NCBI GenBank assembly: GCA_030648495.1
Contig: JAUSHV010000030.1
Location: forward strand, 1-34,897
DNA length: 34,897 nt
DNA from: a bacterium
Lineage (GTDB): Bacteria; Patescibacteriota; Minisyncoccia; UBA11713; 2-01-FULL-45-33
Reading direction: 5' to 3'
Of the stretch, positions 26,165-34,454 are shown piece after piece; position 1 is the first letter of the stretch, and every line of letters starts with the position of its first letter. A program made the position numbers and the translations under genes. Under the pieces are notes generated by a model, which made no database searches, was not told the origin of the DNA, and saw only the letters and a list, made by a program, of their open reading frames with translations.

Positions 26165-27385
26165 TTAGAGGTGTCTCCTGAGAACAACATTTTCGACTAT
26201 TGCGTAACATAAACGCCAAGTTGCCGCATCTTTCCCTAGAGCGTTAGGATTCTTCAGCGATAAGGCTTGTTCTCCGACAACCGTAATCAAGTCTTCTTCA
26301 AGGTCAGCAAGCATCTTGAACGGATCATCTTTCCAGACGCACTTTTCTTTCTCAACGCGAACAAGGTTACGGAAGCTTGCAAGAATCGGATAAATGAAAC
26401 CGCTCGGGATACGAAAGTCCGACTCTTCATTTGTGAAAATGAGCTCTTCCTTCGGGCCCCGCTCTACTTTATCTACGCCCTTTAGTTTTCCGAACTTGCC
26501 GCCTTTTTCTCCGTCGGCACCTTTCTTGCTCTTGTTATAGACGACTGGTAGCCGAAGATAGATGCGGTCTCGCAACTCAAGTATCTCTGGTAGCAGCGAG
26601 ATATACTTTTCAAGCCGGAAATTGTTTTCCTTCTTATTATTCTCTTTAAAGTAATCTACAACTGCAGCCCGAGAAGAGTAGGCTTTTATCGGATGTGTTT
26701 TTTCGTTGTAACCCTCTGCGTCAAAACATATCAGGTACGATAGAATTTCCTTAATATCGATATCCTTTGGCGTATCACCCAATGCTTCTTCATATTGTTT
26801 GTAAAAGATACGCGGGGCATATGATTTGTCCTTGAGTACAGCTTTGATTTTGTCGAAGCTCCCGAGAAGTTCAAGTGTGCTTTGTTCTTGAACGGGGGTC
26901 GAGTTGTTCCTGGCTTCTATAATAGGTACTACTTCCTCTCTCGTCTTGAATCCCTCAAGACACTCGATTGTTACAAATGCATCTATTTCCTTGCGTTCCT
27001 CTTCTGACAGGCCATCGACATGATTCCTAATCACCCGATATGAGTGACCGCCATCCGCCAAACCATTCATGGCCGGATCAGAAAACTGAAGTTCAACTGT
27101 ATTAGATTTATTGTCAAATCTAACTTCGTCAGCGAGGACGAGAAGTCCACGATTTTTGAAATAAAAGTCTGAGGGCTTATCTCTCAAGCTGTCGCGTATT
27201 TCCTTTGGAACGCGGATCAACTCTTTGGGATCACGAATATTAAGCGCACGCCACTCATTGAGCTCGGCGGGCACATCCGCGACATTTACCACTAGATAGT
27301 ACTTGCCTTTCCCTTTTTCGTCAGCAGGGGTAGGCTGTTTACGAAACGAATAAACGGGGAATTTAATGATTGTTGCTTTGGACAT
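26165..27385 (-). CDS. AIPR-family (abortive infection phage resistance) protein
   Basis: N.RDP, PSDFYFKNRGL, GLADGGHS, IIEARNNSTPV, GFIYPILASFR and NPNALGK motifs typical of AIPR. ATG 27385 chosen. Confidence 0.82.
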   Translation of the reverse strand: MSKATIIKFPVYSFRKQPTPADEKGKGKYYLVVNVADVPAELNEWRALNIRDPKELIRVPKEIRDSLRDKPSDFYFKNRGLLVLADEVRFDNKSNTVELQFSDPAMNGLADGGHSYRVIRNHVDGLSEEERKEIDAFVTIECLEGFKTREEVVPIIEARNNSTPVQEQSTLELLGSFDKIKAVLKDKSYAPRIFYKQYEEALGDTPKDIDIKEILSYLICFDAEGYNEKTHPIKAYSSRAAVVDYFKENNKKENNFRLEKYISLLPEILELRDRIYLRLPVVYNKSKKGADGEKGGKFGKLKGVDKVERGPKEELIFTNEESDFRIPSGFIYPILASFRNLVRVEKEKCVWKDDPFKMLADLEEDLITVVGEQALSLKNPNALGKDAATWRLCYAIVENVVLRRHL

Positions 27386-27418
27386 TTTAGCTTTTGTTAG
27401 TTGCGAATAATTTTGCGG

Positions 27419-27576
27419 CAAATAAAAAGCCGCGAATCCGCGGTCTCACAAAAGCTCACGTCTATAGCCATGAAGCTCTCGCTTGACGGTGCCCAGAACT
27501 TTCGCCATTTCTAGCTATGCCCTACGACTACTGTAGCCGAAGCTACCAGCAACTGACTCTTGCGGAGAAGATCAAT
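27419..27576 (-). ncRNA. Candidate structured leader or ncRNA upstream of AIPR, family not recognised
   Basis: Closing stem 27554-27568/27444-27458; hairpins with TTCG, GAAA and GAGA loops; 3' terminator ACCGCGGATTCGCGGC-TTTTT; upstream promoter. Confidence 0.6.
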
Positions 27577-27582
27577 AAATCC

Positions 27583-27610
27583 ACTCTAGCAGATTAAAAA
27601 AATAATGCAA
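27583..27610 (-). promoter_or_regulatory. sigma70-type promoter for the RNA/AIPR unit
   Basis: Minus strand TTGCAT, 16-bp spacer, TGn-TAGAGT. Confidence 0.5.
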
Positions 27611-27644
27611 GCCCTAAGCAGGCGCCCGCCATCCACAAGCCTCA

Positions 27645-27673
27645 TTGACTTTTAATGTCAGATTTGATATATT
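27645..27673 (+). promoter_or_regulatory. sigma70-type promoter with no downstream ORF
   Basis: TTGACT, 17-bp spacer, TGn-TATATT. Confidence 0.55.
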
Positions 27674-27689
27674 AGCTATATCACCAACG

Positions 27690-27737
27690 GAAAAGATCAC
27701 CCTATAAGGTTTCGTCCTTATGGGGCCTTTTCTTTTT
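27690..27737. terminator. Probably bidirectional terminator
   Basis: CCCTATAAGG-TTTCGT-CCTTATGGGG flanked by GAAAAG and CTTTTCTTTTT. Confidence 0.75.
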
Positions 27738-27747
27738 AGGTTCAAAA

Positions 27748-28173
27748 CTATTTACTATCAACAATATAGGCGGATAAAAAGGTTTCTATTGCGCTTATGG
27801 TTGCGTCTTTTATTTTTGGGTTGCTTTCGGCTACCCATTTTGCAAAGTTATAAAGCTCCTGATTATCCACCTTAAGCCATTTCTTGTTCAAAGATAGAAA
27901 ATAAAACAAAGTTGTCATGGCAATGCGCTTGTTGCCGTTCTGAAAAGGATGGTTTTTGATCATCAAGTAGAAAAGGATTGAGGATTTTTTTATTAATCCT
28001 GGATAGAGTTGTTTGCCTGCGTATGTCTGGAATGGCGCGGCAATGGATCGCTCGAGCGTATTTGTAAAGCGCGTACTGAAATCCGGAATGGGTTCAGACC
28101 ATTGCATGGTTTCCCTGGCTAATCTATGAGCCACATACTCAATATCCTTAATGCCTACTCGTTCTATGACCAT
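27748..28173 (-). CDS. Fic/Doc family toxin
   Basis: IKNHPFQNGNKRIA (Doc-type, K before R); APFQTYAG..LYP. Confidence 0.9.
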   Translation of the reverse strand: MVIERVGIKDIEYVAHRLARETMQWSEPIPDFSTRFTNTLERSIAAPFQTYAGKQLYPGLIKKSSILFYLMIKNHPFQNGNKRIAMTTLFYFLSLNKKWLKVDNQELYNFAKWVAESNPKIKDATISAIETFLSAYIVDSK

Positions 28174-28176
28174 AAA

Positions 28177-28458
28177 TTATTCTTTACCGAGAAGACGCAA
28201 GGTTTCCCCATATTCCTTAACTACTCTTTCGACCGCTTGCTTAATCTCCTTTTTTTTATTTTTCGTTAAAATTCTTGGGCCACCCTTATGCATAAGGTCA
28301 TTTACATATTCCGTTGAAATAGCGTAAGAACGCCCGATCTTGATAGCCGGGACTTGTCCTTTTTTTATACGCTTAAAAACTGCCACATGGCTTATGCCAA
28401 GCATCTTTGCCAACTCTGTTACAGATACATATATAGCCTTTTTCCCTTTATTTTCCAT
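28177..28458 (-). CDS. Excisionase-like HTH protein, putative antitoxin
   Basis: YVSVTELAKMLGIS...IKKGQVPAIKIGRSYAI (HTH_17-like); C-terminal helix VVKEYGETLRLLG; 3 bp upstream of the toxin gene. Confidence 0.8.
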   Translation of the reverse strand: MENKGKKAIYVSVTELAKMLGISHVAVFKRIKKGQVPAIKIGRSYAISTEYVNDLMHKGGPRILTKNKKKEIKQAVERVVKEYGETLRLLGKE

Positions 28459-28486
28459 AATAAACCCTTATTAACCGCTAATATTG

Positions 28487-28517
28487 ATAGGTTAACAAGT
28501 ATTAACCTATTAGTCAA
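28487..28517 (-). promoter_or_regulatory. Promoter with overlapping palindromic operator
   Basis: Minus strand TTGACT-17 bp-TAACCT overlapped by ATAGGTTAA-N6-TTAACCTAT (28487-28510); extra half-site TTAACC at 28471-28476. Confidence 0.7.
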
Positions 28518-28535
28518 ATGACGTTAATAGAAACC

Positions 28536-30284
28536 CTAAACCAGCCCAACCTGGAGTTCGTAGAGGTTACGATAGATGCCGGCGGGTTTTTGCATCAGCT
28601 CGTCGTGGTTTCCGGTTTCGACAATCGCTCCCTTGTCTAATACGATAATCTTGTCTGCTTCACGCACAGTGCTTAGGCGATGCGCGATTACAAATGTAGT
28701 CCGTCCTTTCATAAGCTCCGCCAAAGACTCCTGGATATATTTTTCTGATTTTGAATCCAAGGCTGAAGTCGGCTCGTCCAAAATTAAAATCCGTGGATTT
28801 CTCAAAAAAGCGCGCGCCAAAGCAACGCGCTGTTTTTGGCCCATTGAGAGCTTAATGCCCCGTTCGCCTACCATCTGGTTGTATTTTTTAGGAAAAGCGC
28901 CAATAAATTCATCGGCATGGGCAAATTTTGCCGCCTCCGAGATATCTTCTTCCGAAGCACCGAAACTTCCGTATTTTATATTATTTTTAATCGTATCGTT
29001 GAAAAGCAAAATTTCCTGAGAGACCATCGCAATATTTGAACGTAAAAATTTAAGGTCCAAATTTTTTATATTATGCCCGTCAATAAAAATCTTCCCGCTC
29101 TGCGCCCAAAAATACCCGGACATAAGATCTATCAGCGTGCTTTTGCCTACTCCCGATTCGCCTACCAAAGCAATCTTTTGGCCCAATCCCGCTTTAAAAG
29201 AAATATTATTTAAAATATTTCCCTGCTTTTTTGAGTAATAAAAATTTACGCCCCTAAATTCAACCTCTCCTTTTATGTCAGAGAGCAAAATGGCGCTCTC
29301 CGGAAAATATTTTTCTTCCGGTAAAGATAAGATTTTTTCTGCTCTTTCTAAGGCCACAACGCCGTTTTGGATTGTTCTCCAGTTGTTTCCCAATACGACA
29401 AATGGCCCGAAAAACATCGCAGCGTATCCGTTGAACATAACGAGTTGACCGATAGTCATCTGCCCTTTTTGGATGAAAGAGACCGAAAAAATAAAAACAA
29501 TGAGCTGAACTAAAACCACGAGTGCTTTTTGCGAAAAATCGAGCTTGCTCCAGAGTTTTTGCATGCTATACCAGATTTTAAAAGCCCTTGTAACAAAGTT
29601 CCTGTATAATTTTTTCTGTTCGTATTTTTCTGCCGTGGCCTGTTTGACTGATTGCACATTGAGTACCGCGTCATACGCGTCACCATAGGCAATGTTGTAA
29701 GCCCTGTGCATTGTGAAAGACATGTCCGCTATTTTTGGAGCAGTTTTAAATAAAACGAAACAATATACCGCAACTCCGGCTAAGAGTGCGAGCGCCAAAA
29801 CCGGCTGTATATAGAAAGCGAAACAAAGGGCAAAAATAATACTTAAAAACTGGGGAAGAAGATTGATGACAACATTGCCTACAATATTAACAAGCCAATT
29901 TGAAGCGCGAGATATGCGGTTCGCAACCTCCCCCATCTTGTGCGTTTTATGGAAAGACATCGGAAGAAGAAGTAGCTTTCCGTGCCCTTGCGTAAGATAC
30001 TCGCTTTCCAAAAGCCCTTCAATCTCTTCACGCATCAGGAATGATCTCCAGTCCATTATGCTTCCTGCGGAGCGGATAATTAGCCACACACCGATAAAAT
30101 AATATACCTGTTGGGTTTGTATTGTGTCCACGATTTTACCCGCTAAAAAAGGCACTGCTGCGTTGGAAAACGCGGAGACAACGGATAGAGCGCTCAAGAC
30201 AAAAACAGCCCTTTTGTGGGGCCGTAAGTATTTAAGGATTATCCGCCACCCCTCAATTAAATTTTCCTTCTTCAACTTCGCCAC
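28536..30284 (-). CDS. ABC exporter, fused permease and ATPase (MsbA/MdlB-like)
   Basis: N-terminal transmembrane domain; GESGVGKST, LSMGQKQR, ILILDE, IAHRLST; GTG start. Confidence 0.93.
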   Translation of the reverse strand: MAKLKKENLIEGWRIILKYLRPHKRAVFVLSALSVVSAFSNAAVPFLAGKIVDTIQTQQVYYFIGVWLIIRSAGSIMDWRSFLMREEIEGLLESEYLTQGHGKLLLLPMSFHKTHKMGEVANRISRASNWLVNIVGNVVINLLPQFLSIIFALCFAFYIQPVLALALLAGVAVYCFVLFKTAPKIADMSFTMHRAYNIAYGDAYDAVLNVQSVKQATAEKYEQKKLYRNFVTRAFKIWYSMQKLWSKLDFSQKALVVLVQLIVFIFSVSFIQKGQMTIGQLVMFNGYAAMFFGPFVVLGNNWRTIQNGVVALERAEKILSLPEEKYFPESAILLSDIKGEVEFRGVNFYYSKKQGNILNNISFKAGLGQKIALVGESGVGKSTLIDLMSGYFWAQSGKIFIDGHNIKNLDLKFLRSNIAMVSQEILLFNDTIKNNIKYGSFGASEEDISEAAKFAHADEFIGAFPKKYNQMVGERGIKLSMGQKQRVALARAFLRNPRILILDEPTSALDSKSEKYIQESLAELMKGRTTFVIAHRLSTVREADKIIVLDKGAIVETGNHDELMQKPAGIYRNLYELQVGLV

Positions 30285-30290
30285 AACTTA

Positions 30291-31640
30291 TTATAACATG
30301 GCTTTGAAATATTCGCTAAGTTCCGAAATATTTTTCCGTTCCTGTTTTCCGGTATCGCGGTCGCGGACTGTAACGGTGTCTTTGAGTTCAGGTTTTTCGC
30401 CCAACGTGTCAAAATCTATCGTTACGCACCAAGGCGTGCCGATTTCGTCTTGGCGGCGATAGCGTTTGCCGATATTGCCGTTGTCGTCGAACATCATCTG
30501 TGGGATTTTTTTCTTGAGCGTGGTATAAATTTCTTTTGCTTTCGCAACTAAATCGGGCTTGTTTTTCAAAAGTGGAAACACCGCAACTTTTATTGGCGCG
30601 ATTTTGGGATTTAATTTTAGAAATATTCTTGATTCACCTCCAAGCTCATCCTCCGAATACGCTTCAAGCAAAACAAACAAAACCGCGCGATCTACCCCAC
30701 CGGAACATTCAATATCCCAAGGAATATATCTCTCTTTTGTTTCTTCATCAAAATAAGAAAGATCTTCTTTTGAATATTCCGAATGTCTTTTCAAATCCCA
30801 ATCGCCCCTGTGGTGAATCCCCCATGCCTCAAGCCACCCGCCAAACGGCGTATTGTATTCAATATCCCAGGCGTCTTTGGCATAGTGCGCCCGCTCGTCC
30901 GGAGCGTGTTGGCGCAAGCGCAAACTTTCTTTTTTAAAACCGAGACCCAAATACCAATTAAACGCGAAATTTTTCCAATATTCAAAAGTTTCCGTGCCGG
31001 TTTTCTCATCCGGCTTTATATAATATTGAAGCTCCATTTGCTCAAATTCGCGCTGACGAAAAAGAAAGTCGCGCGGGGTAATTTCGTTTCTAAAGGCTTT
31101 CCCGATTTGTCCGATGCCAAACGGTAATTTCGGATGCATAGAATCCAAAACGTTTTTAAAATTCACATGCACTCCTTGGGTAATCTCGCCCCTCAAATAA
31201 ACTTGTGAAGCGGTCGCCTCCGAAGCTCCGAGCTTTGTCTCAACAAGCAAATTGAACACGCTCGGCAGAGACCACCCCATTTTTTCCTTTTCTTTTTTGT
31301 GTGTGTTTTCGTGTTCTGCAATCGCTTCCGGCTGGTCCGCCCGCGCTCTTTCATGGCAAATTTTGCATTCAACCAAAGGATCAGTAAAAAGTTCGGTATG
31401 TCCCGAAGCCTCCCAAACACGCGCGGGCATCAAAATCGCGGCGCTCATCCCATACACATCTTCACGCTCGGCAATAAATTTATCCCAAAAGTATTGTTTG
31501 ATATTGTGCCTCAACTCCACGCCCATTGGGCCGTAATCATAAATCCCCGAAAGCCCTCCGTAAATCTCGCTCCCGGGAAAAATAAACCCCCGCCTCTTAG
31601 CCAGGCTCACAATTTTCTCTAGTTTTTCTGTATCTTTCAT
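30291..31640 (-). CDS. glyQS: Glycine-tRNA ligase (alpha2 type)
   Basis: KRRGFIFPGSEIYGG, GKAFRNEITPR.FLFR.REFEQME, NIGKRYRRQDEIGTP. Confidence 0.96.
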   Translation of the reverse strand: MKDTEKLEKIVSLAKRRGFIFPGSEIYGGLSGIYDYGPMGVELRHNIKQYFWDKFIAEREDVYGMSAAILMPARVWEASGHTELFTDPLVECKICHERARADQPEAIAEHENTHKKEKEKMGWSLPSVFNLLVETKLGASEATASQVYLRGEITQGVHVNFKNVLDSMHPKLPFGIGQIGKAFRNEITPRDFLFRQREFEQMELQYYIKPDEKTGTETFEYWKNFAFNWYLGLGFKKESLRLRQHAPDERAHYAKDAWDIEYNTPFGGWLEAWGIHHRGDWDLKRHSEYSKEDLSYFDEETKERYIPWDIECSGGVDRAVLFVLLEAYSEDELGGESRIFLKLNPKIAPIKVAVFPLLKNKPDLVAKAKEIYTTLKKKIPQMMFDDNGNIGKRYRRQDEIGTPWCVTIDFDTLGEKPELKDTVTVRDRDTGKQERKNISELSEYFKAML

Positions 31641-31648
31641 ATTTATGT

Positions 31649-33556
31649 TTACGGCGCGACTTTCTTCTGCTGGAATCCGGCGCGTGGATCATCTTGTAAA
31701 TCAATGGTCTTCTTGGGCGCTAATGACGAAAGGTCAACTCCTGTGAAATTATCTTTTCCGGTAACTTTTGCGTCGGTGACTAAAATAGGCGCTGTGCCGA
31801 CTTGGTCCTCACCAGGCACCAGACCAACATGGAACGAAATTTGCATGGCCGGTGTCAAAAATCCGGTTCCCGCGGGGACCCTGCCCAGTTTCCACTGAAG
31901 CTCTCCTGTATTCTGGTCATAAGTCAGATTGGAATTTGCAGGAACAAATATATTTTTAAAATTTATATAAGGCGGCAAAGAAGAAGTTACCACAACATTA
32001 TCTACATCATTGACCATATTCGCAAGAGACCAGGTGATGGTATATGTAGTTTCAGACCCGACGCGCGGCGGCATCGGACCGGTATTCGGAATCGGAGCAT
32101 CAAAATAAAGTGCGCGCACGGAAAGTTGTAATTTAGAAGAAACTTTAATATCCATCATATCTTTTCCTCCCGTGTCCACCCCTTCAAAACCGGCGATAAT
32201 ACTATTGCTTTTGAAAGTCGGGCCGAGCGTAATGACCGGTCGTTGATCGTCTGGCTCCAACGGAAAACTGCTTTTTGTTTTAAAATCAAATTGTACTTTC
32301 CCCGAAGCGCCCGGCGGGATGCTTTTGAAATCCGGATTGCTTCCCGCATTCCAGACCAAGCTTTTTGTCGCATCCCTGAAAAAACCATTGTCCACCCGAA
32401 GCGAGCGCATATCTACAGACAAACTATCCATCCTCATTTCCAAGATTGCGTCATTGATTGAAACCGGAAGATTATTTTTCCAACTTATTTCAAATGGGAT
32501 CTGGTCTCCGGGAAAAGTAATATAAGTTTTTTGCCCTTTTGCCAAAATTGATATAGCCAAAAATGGAGAATGCAGCACTACCGAAGCAACCGTACTGTCG
32601 TATGCCGAAATGGTTATGTTGTCCGGAAGCATCACGCCCAGTAAGACCTGAAAATTTTGCGGTTCAAGCTCCGAACCGGAAATTTTTCCTTTGATTTTGA
32701 TAACTCCGTCCTGAGCCGGTTTTAAAGATCCAATGTACCAACCGAGAGTTTTTTGGCTCCCAAATCTTTTACTGTTATCTGCAAGGGGCGCGGGGTTTGC
32801 GGAGTCATATTGAAAGCCCTCCGGCATCAAAAGCTGTATGGATAAATTATTCAAATCCTTGTCTGACTGCGAATTGTAGCGAATCTCAAATTCCATCGTT
32901 TGTCCGATACGCAAATTCTCCGGAATATCTAAAGCAATGGTCACCGGGGAGCGCGCGATATTTAAAGTAAATGAGGCATCTTTGCCGAATGTCGCGGAGG
33001 AACCTTTGGGGCGGTACTCCAAAACTGCCGTAACTTGTTTCGAGCTTCCGCGCGCGCCAAAAACATAGGCATTGTAAGTTTGTGTAACCGATTCGCCCGG
33101 ATTAATAGTATTTAGATTCTGGCGGTTTCTGAAAACTCCTTCGGGCTTTTGCCCCAATAGCGGAGTTGACCCTTCGGGATAATTAAATACCAAGACCGCC
33201 TCTTCTATCGCGATGTTGTTTGCGTTTGTGACCCGCACCTGCCAGCTTATGCGGTCGCCGCTTCTAATCTCTTTGTCACCGACTATTTCCACTTTTACCG
33301 CCTGGATATTTAAAAAAGCATTAAATCCATAAAATTGGAAAAATAAAAAAATTCCGCCGCCGAACACTAACATAAAAATACCGAGCCACAAGAGCGCTTT
33401 TTTGCGTTTTAACGAATCAAGCAACGGTTCCGGCTCTTTTTGCCAAGCAACCCTATGCTCTTCGCGGTCTCTAGCAAGGTCGGGGGGGATCTTCCGTTCA
33501 TCAAAACCCTCCCCTTGCTTGTAAAGCCTTTTTCCTAGTTCTTCAAGATCGGCCAT
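31649..33556 (-). CDS. Membrane-anchored protein with tandem Ig-like (DUF11-like) beta domains
   Basis: One N-terminal transmembrane helix, then repeated beta-rich units ending W.IG.L.P / W.LG.V; GPMPPRVG.ETTYTITW. Confidence 0.75.
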   Translation of the reverse strand: MADLEELGKRLYKQGEGFDERKIPPDLARDREEHRVAWQKEPEPLLDSLKRKKALLWLGIFMLVFGGGIFLFFQFYGFNAFLNIQAVKVEIVGDKEIRSGDRISWQVRVTNANNIAIEEAVLVFNYPEGSTPLLGQKPEGVFRNRQNLNTINPGESVTQTYNAYVFGARGSSKQVTAVLEYRPKGSSATFGKDASFTLNIARSPVTIALDIPENLRIGQTMEFEIRYNSQSDKDLNNLSIQLLMPEGFQYDSANPAPLADNSKRFGSQKTLGWYIGSLKPAQDGVIKIKGKISGSELEPQNFQVLLGVMLPDNITISAYDSTVASVVLHSPFLAISILAKGQKTYITFPGDQIPFEISWKNNLPVSINDAILEMRMDSLSVDMRSLRVDNGFFRDATKSLVWNAGSNPDFKSIPPGASGKVQFDFKTKSSFPLEPDDQRPVITLGPTFKSNSIIAGFEGVDTGGKDMMDIKVSSKLQLSVRALYFDAPIPNTGPMPPRVGSETTYTITWSLANMVNDVDNVVVTSSLPPYINFKNIFVPANSNLTYDQNTGELQWKLGRVPAGTGFLTPAMQISFHVGLVPGEDQVGTAPILVTDAKVTGKDNFTGVDLSSLAPKKTIDLQDDPRAGFQQKKVAP

Positions 33557-33693
33557 ACCAGGTAGTAGAATTTCGCATTTTTAATAATTTAGCTTCATAC
33601 AACATAGCTTTATTATAACCTAAAATAAGCTACTTGCCACGCTTAACGTAATACTGTCGCCGAGCGACGATGCGAAATTTCACTACCTGGCAT
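33555..33693. mobile_element. ~139-bp MITE-like element with 24-bp terminal inverted repeats
   Basis: ATACCAGGTAGTAGAATTTCGCAT versus the reverse complement of 33670-33693, ATGCCAGGTAGTGAAATTTCGCAT (21/24); inner GTCGC-CGA-GCGAC. Confidence 0.6.
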
Positions 33694-33696
33694 AAT

Positions 33697-33972
33697 TCAA
33701 TTAGAATTTTTCTTAAAATAAAAATATTCTTTAACGCGCCTTTTTATAAGCCTGGCGCCCTGATTTGTTTTTAAATATTTTTCTCTTCTTTTAGCATCAT
33801 CCTCATTCAGACAAGCTTCATAATAAATCACGCGCCACGGCCGATAAGGCTTAGTTGAAGTATTGAGGCCGTTATTATGCTCTCTTAGCCGTTTTACTAA
33901 ATCGGTTGTATATCCAATATATAAATTGTCGTTTTCGATGCTTTCCAGTAAATATACGTAGTAATATTTCAT
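33697..33972 (-). CDS. Stand-alone GIY-YIG nuclease
   Basis: YYVYLL...LYIGYT.DL.KRL.EHN.G...T..YRPW...YYE...A..REKYLK. Confidence 0.92.
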   Translation of the reverse strand: MKYYYVYLLESIENDNLYIGYTTDLVKRLREHNNGLNTSTKPYRPWRVIYYEACLNEDDAKRREKYLKTNQGARLIKRRVKEYFYFKKNSN

Positions 33973-34454
33973 ATATCTGCGAGTTTTAAAACTTTATTTA
34001 CGAACTCTGTTTTACCCTCAATATACCCAGATGTGCCGTCCACACTCTTATTTAATAGCGACTCTTTTAGGATTTCGTATTCTTTCGCAATTTCCGGATG
34101 CTCTATCAAATAATCTCTGAATAGTATTTGCCTTCTCCGGAATGAAACGGTAGGAATAGTTATTGAAAGATGATAAGCATCATTCTTTTCAAAAAAATAT
34201 CTTTCCGAAGATGATTTTTGCTGATAATAAACATATCCGATGTCGGAAAGCCTTTGTATCAAGTCTTCTATTTTATCAAAAGAATCCACCATTGCCGCGA
34301 TATCGATTATCGGCTTAGCTTTCATATTCGGAATCGAAGTACTGCCTATATGCTGAATATCTGTCACCGCTCCGACTAAAACTTCGCGAATTTTCTCCGA
34401 TTCAATTTTGTACAAAATCTGCCAATTTTTTGAATAAGGCTCTAATTTGTTCAT
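33969..34454 (-). CDS. GrpB/UPF0157 family nucleotidyltransferase-fold protein
   Basis: IQHIGSTSIP..KAKPIIDI, FRDYL..HP, Y..LK, YIEGKTEFV; ATGA overlaps with both neighbours. Confidence 0.9.
   Translation of the reverse strand: MNKLEPYSKNWQILYKIESEKIREVLVGAVTDIQHIGSTSIPNMKAKPIIDIAAMVDSFDKIEDLIQRLSDIGYVYYQQKSSSERYFFEKNDAYHLSITIPTVSFRRRQILFRDYLIEHPEIAKEYEILKESLLNKSVDGTSGYIEGKTEFVNKVLKLADI

Noticed and set aside
27444-27568. Assignment of the AIPR leader to c-di-GMP-II, ZTP or c-di-AMP riboswitches (TGGGCAC, GTAGGG words)
   Set aside because: Only isolated words match; order and pseudoknot partners do not fit.
27609-27620. AAGCCCTAAGC resembles part of the pistol ribozyme consensus
   Set aside because: The complementary AGGGC loop and P1 stem are absent upstream on the same strand.
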